From positions 29,874,201 through 29,911,590 of the forward strand of contig NC_068995.1 in NCBI RefSeq assembly GCF_001194135.2: a stretch of DNA of 37,390 bases. The letters are read 5' to 3'. How positions within the stretch are numbered: position 1 is the stretch's first letter; each line of letters starts with the position of its first letter. Made by a program: the position numbers and the translations under genes. The stretch is from Octopus bimaculoides. Lineage: Eukaryota. Positions 35,202-37,390 of the stretch are shown in pieces. Under the pieces are notes generated by a model, which did not search any database, had not been told where the DNA came from, and saw only the letters and a program-made list of their open reading frames with translations.

Positions 35202-35739
35202 TAACCGGTGGGTGCAGTATGTGAGTCATTACTCTGCGGAAGTTAAAGCAAGTCACTGAGCATGTGTACATGTCATACAGGTGAGTTCCAATCAGGGGTG
35301 GATAACAACCTTATAGGAACCACCTATAAACAATATTTTGCTGAGCTATTTTTGAATTTAGGGATATTTGTTGTGGAAGGTTTGGTTGACTGTAAATGAG
35401 CAGCCTCCTTCAAGTGACTGTGCACTTCAGTATGTGTTTTAGATTCCCCCAGGATTCAGTGTTTGAATTTTGTCTCAATGGGGAGGTATTCTTCTGCCAC
35501 TTATTGATTAGAAGTGGCAAAACTGTTATATATTGCATTAAGGGAGTCAGATAAATCAGTCAGAAGAATTACTGTGGGAGTCAGGGTTAAAAATAAGCAA
35601 GCAGTCCCACTGTTTGTAGAAATGTCAAAAACTTACAAGTTTGTCTCTCAAGGCAAAAACAGAGCAGAGTTGTCTTAGATAGGGTATACTTTATGAAGTA
35701 GTAGTAGCAGCAATGGTCTCTAGAAAAACACAAGAGCTA

Positions 35740-36260
35740 AAGTACAGTCCTCTGACAGAGGCGCTGACTTCTTTAGTAATGTAGGCATTTTGCAAGGTAA
35801 AATATTCATGCTATTCCTATTTATCATCTGCATAGACTACACCCTTTGTAATTCAACTGACGATATTTAAGAATCCAGTTCCACTCTTACAAAATCCACC
35901 CACTACTACCACAAAAACAACAGACACAGATTATTCTTTAGAGACATCATCTCAGGTACTACCAAACTTCATCATGACCCAGAAAAAGGGAGAAAAAACA
36001 GCAGAATATATTGGTCTGTATGTTAATGCATCAAAAACCTTATAAATCTATTACAATCAAGAAGGTTCAATGAGTGAAATCAAACAAAACCGTCAAAAGT
36101 CTTACAAGTTGGCTAGATCAACTTTGCTATTCTTTACCTTAAAAAAGAACATGCAAAAATGTTTCAAAAGATTAAACAGTAGAATCCTGCTCACAAATAT
36201 AACAGTAGCCTTATACTCTCAGCAACACATCAAGAAAATTCGACTTCATCCCCTAACTTA
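35740..36260 (+). pseudogene. Highly decayed LINE RT fragment (RTE-like, a different family)
   Basis: DRGADFFSNVGILQG..LFLFIICIDY, TDTDY (YADD region) and AEYIGLYVNASK, with frameshifts. Confidence 0.65.
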
Positions 36261-37390
36261 CTTATGAAGATTGAAGTAGCAGTTAGCAGAAATACATATA
36301 TATTGATTTCTTTTTCTTTTCTCTCTTGGTGCGCTGGTGCTGTCATGGTTCCTTTATTACTCTAATACATAAATGTAAGAAACCATATATAACCCAGTTC
36401 TTCTAGCTGATGGTAATGTTTATCAGACCTGGTGAAGAATATTTTCTCTCATTTGCTTAAGCACTGGATTTACAGCCCCTATCATATGAAGAAATACCAT
36501 GTTTCACTTTCCAAATTCTAAATCAAATTGGTGTAAAAGTATCTCAGGATTGATAGAATAAGTACCAGTAAAACATAATGCATAAGGTAGCAAATGATAT
36601 TCCATTTCTTTTGCAAAAACAGTCTGGTGATTAAGACAAAGAAGTTATAAAAATTTTATAATTATAAAAAGAAATTATATCTTATACAAGTAATATTAAA
36701 GATTTCCCATTAACTCTGCTGTTTTATTCTGGTTCTTATTTCTTCAAAAATGGGCCATATTCCTAAAGCTTCCATTCTTCATGCCATTATTACTGAGATG
36801 TAATAGTCGAGAAAAAAGTAGTATTTATTACCATAAATATTGTTCTATTAAGATATGGTTCTTAACTTGTACTATGTCTAGCATATAGCTAGTTTCGCTC
36901 ACAGTAAATTCCTCATCTTAACAACTGAATATTTCCTCAGACAGCTATCACCATCATTTCCACTCTGACAAGCAGCGTAGCCTTTCTCCTGTCGGAATAG
37001 ATTTTCTTTGATTGGTCTGCATTTCTCACTGTTTTTTCATTTTCATTCCCACAACCACCCCTTCATCTCCCACCAGAACACTAGCAAACTTCTAAAAGAA
37101 GCATTATTTCAATTACTTTTGCTATTTTTATTATAAATAGAAAAGAAAATTATGAAGATGAACGTGGCATAAAGCTTCTTTTTTATCTTTTTTTTTTGAG
37201 AAGAGTACACTAGATTGAATTGACCCTGGTGTATTACTAGTATTAACTTAGTTTATAATTTCTTTCAACAACTACATTATCTGATAGTCTACTAGAGAAG
37301 GAAAAAATCTATATATGTGTTTAAAATGATTCAGTAATGCAATATAGATAAATGCTGGGGGATGGTTAAAAGCAATGAAAGTGATATATA

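Larger units (their letters stand above)
33805..35325. mobile_element. Two-gene DNA transposon, ISL2EU/PHIS-like, with imperfect TIRs and AT TSD; centre lies in an assembly gap
   Basis: AT|AGGGCTTTCTTATAAGTAGGTTATC vs reverse-complemented right end AT|AGGTGGTTCCTATAAGGTTGTTATC (18/25 identical). Convergent SAP and THAP ORFs. Confidence 0.7.

Noticed and set aside
35495-35519. TGCCACTT/AAGTGGCA 8-bp hairpin
   Set aside because: Too short to be distinguished from chance in 37 kb.

Overview
AT-rich, microsatellite-dense eukaryotic genomic DNA with 7 assembly gaps. It is not prokaryotic: I see no operons, rRNA, true tRNA genes or CRISPR arrays. The repeat repertoire (tRNA/CORE-type SINEs, RTE-LINE 3' tails ending in (GAT)n) resembles a coleoid cephalopod, probably an octopus; this is pattern recognition, not a database match. 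No complete host gene is recognisable. Most ORFs in the track are artefacts of microsatellites, N-gaps or decayed transposons. Protein-level remnants are recognisable for mariner DD34D (two copies), hAT, a Penelope-like retroelement (RT + GIY-YIG), Helitron, RTE LINEs (one with a PHD-type finger), pogo/Tigger and a maT-like Tc1/mariner. The best-structured object is a ~1.5 kb element at 33805-35325. It has imperfect TIRs, an AT target-site duplication and two convergent ORFs (SAP domain on +, THAP domain on -), each preceded by the same 12-bp motif; it looks ISL2EU/PHIS-like. Other notable signals are a pre-miRNA-like hairpin (28507-28594), two decayed hammerhead-like motifs in Penelope-type sequence, a ~330-bp-arm foldback (2149-2968) and two weak isolated exon candidates. 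All identities and alignments were judged by eye.
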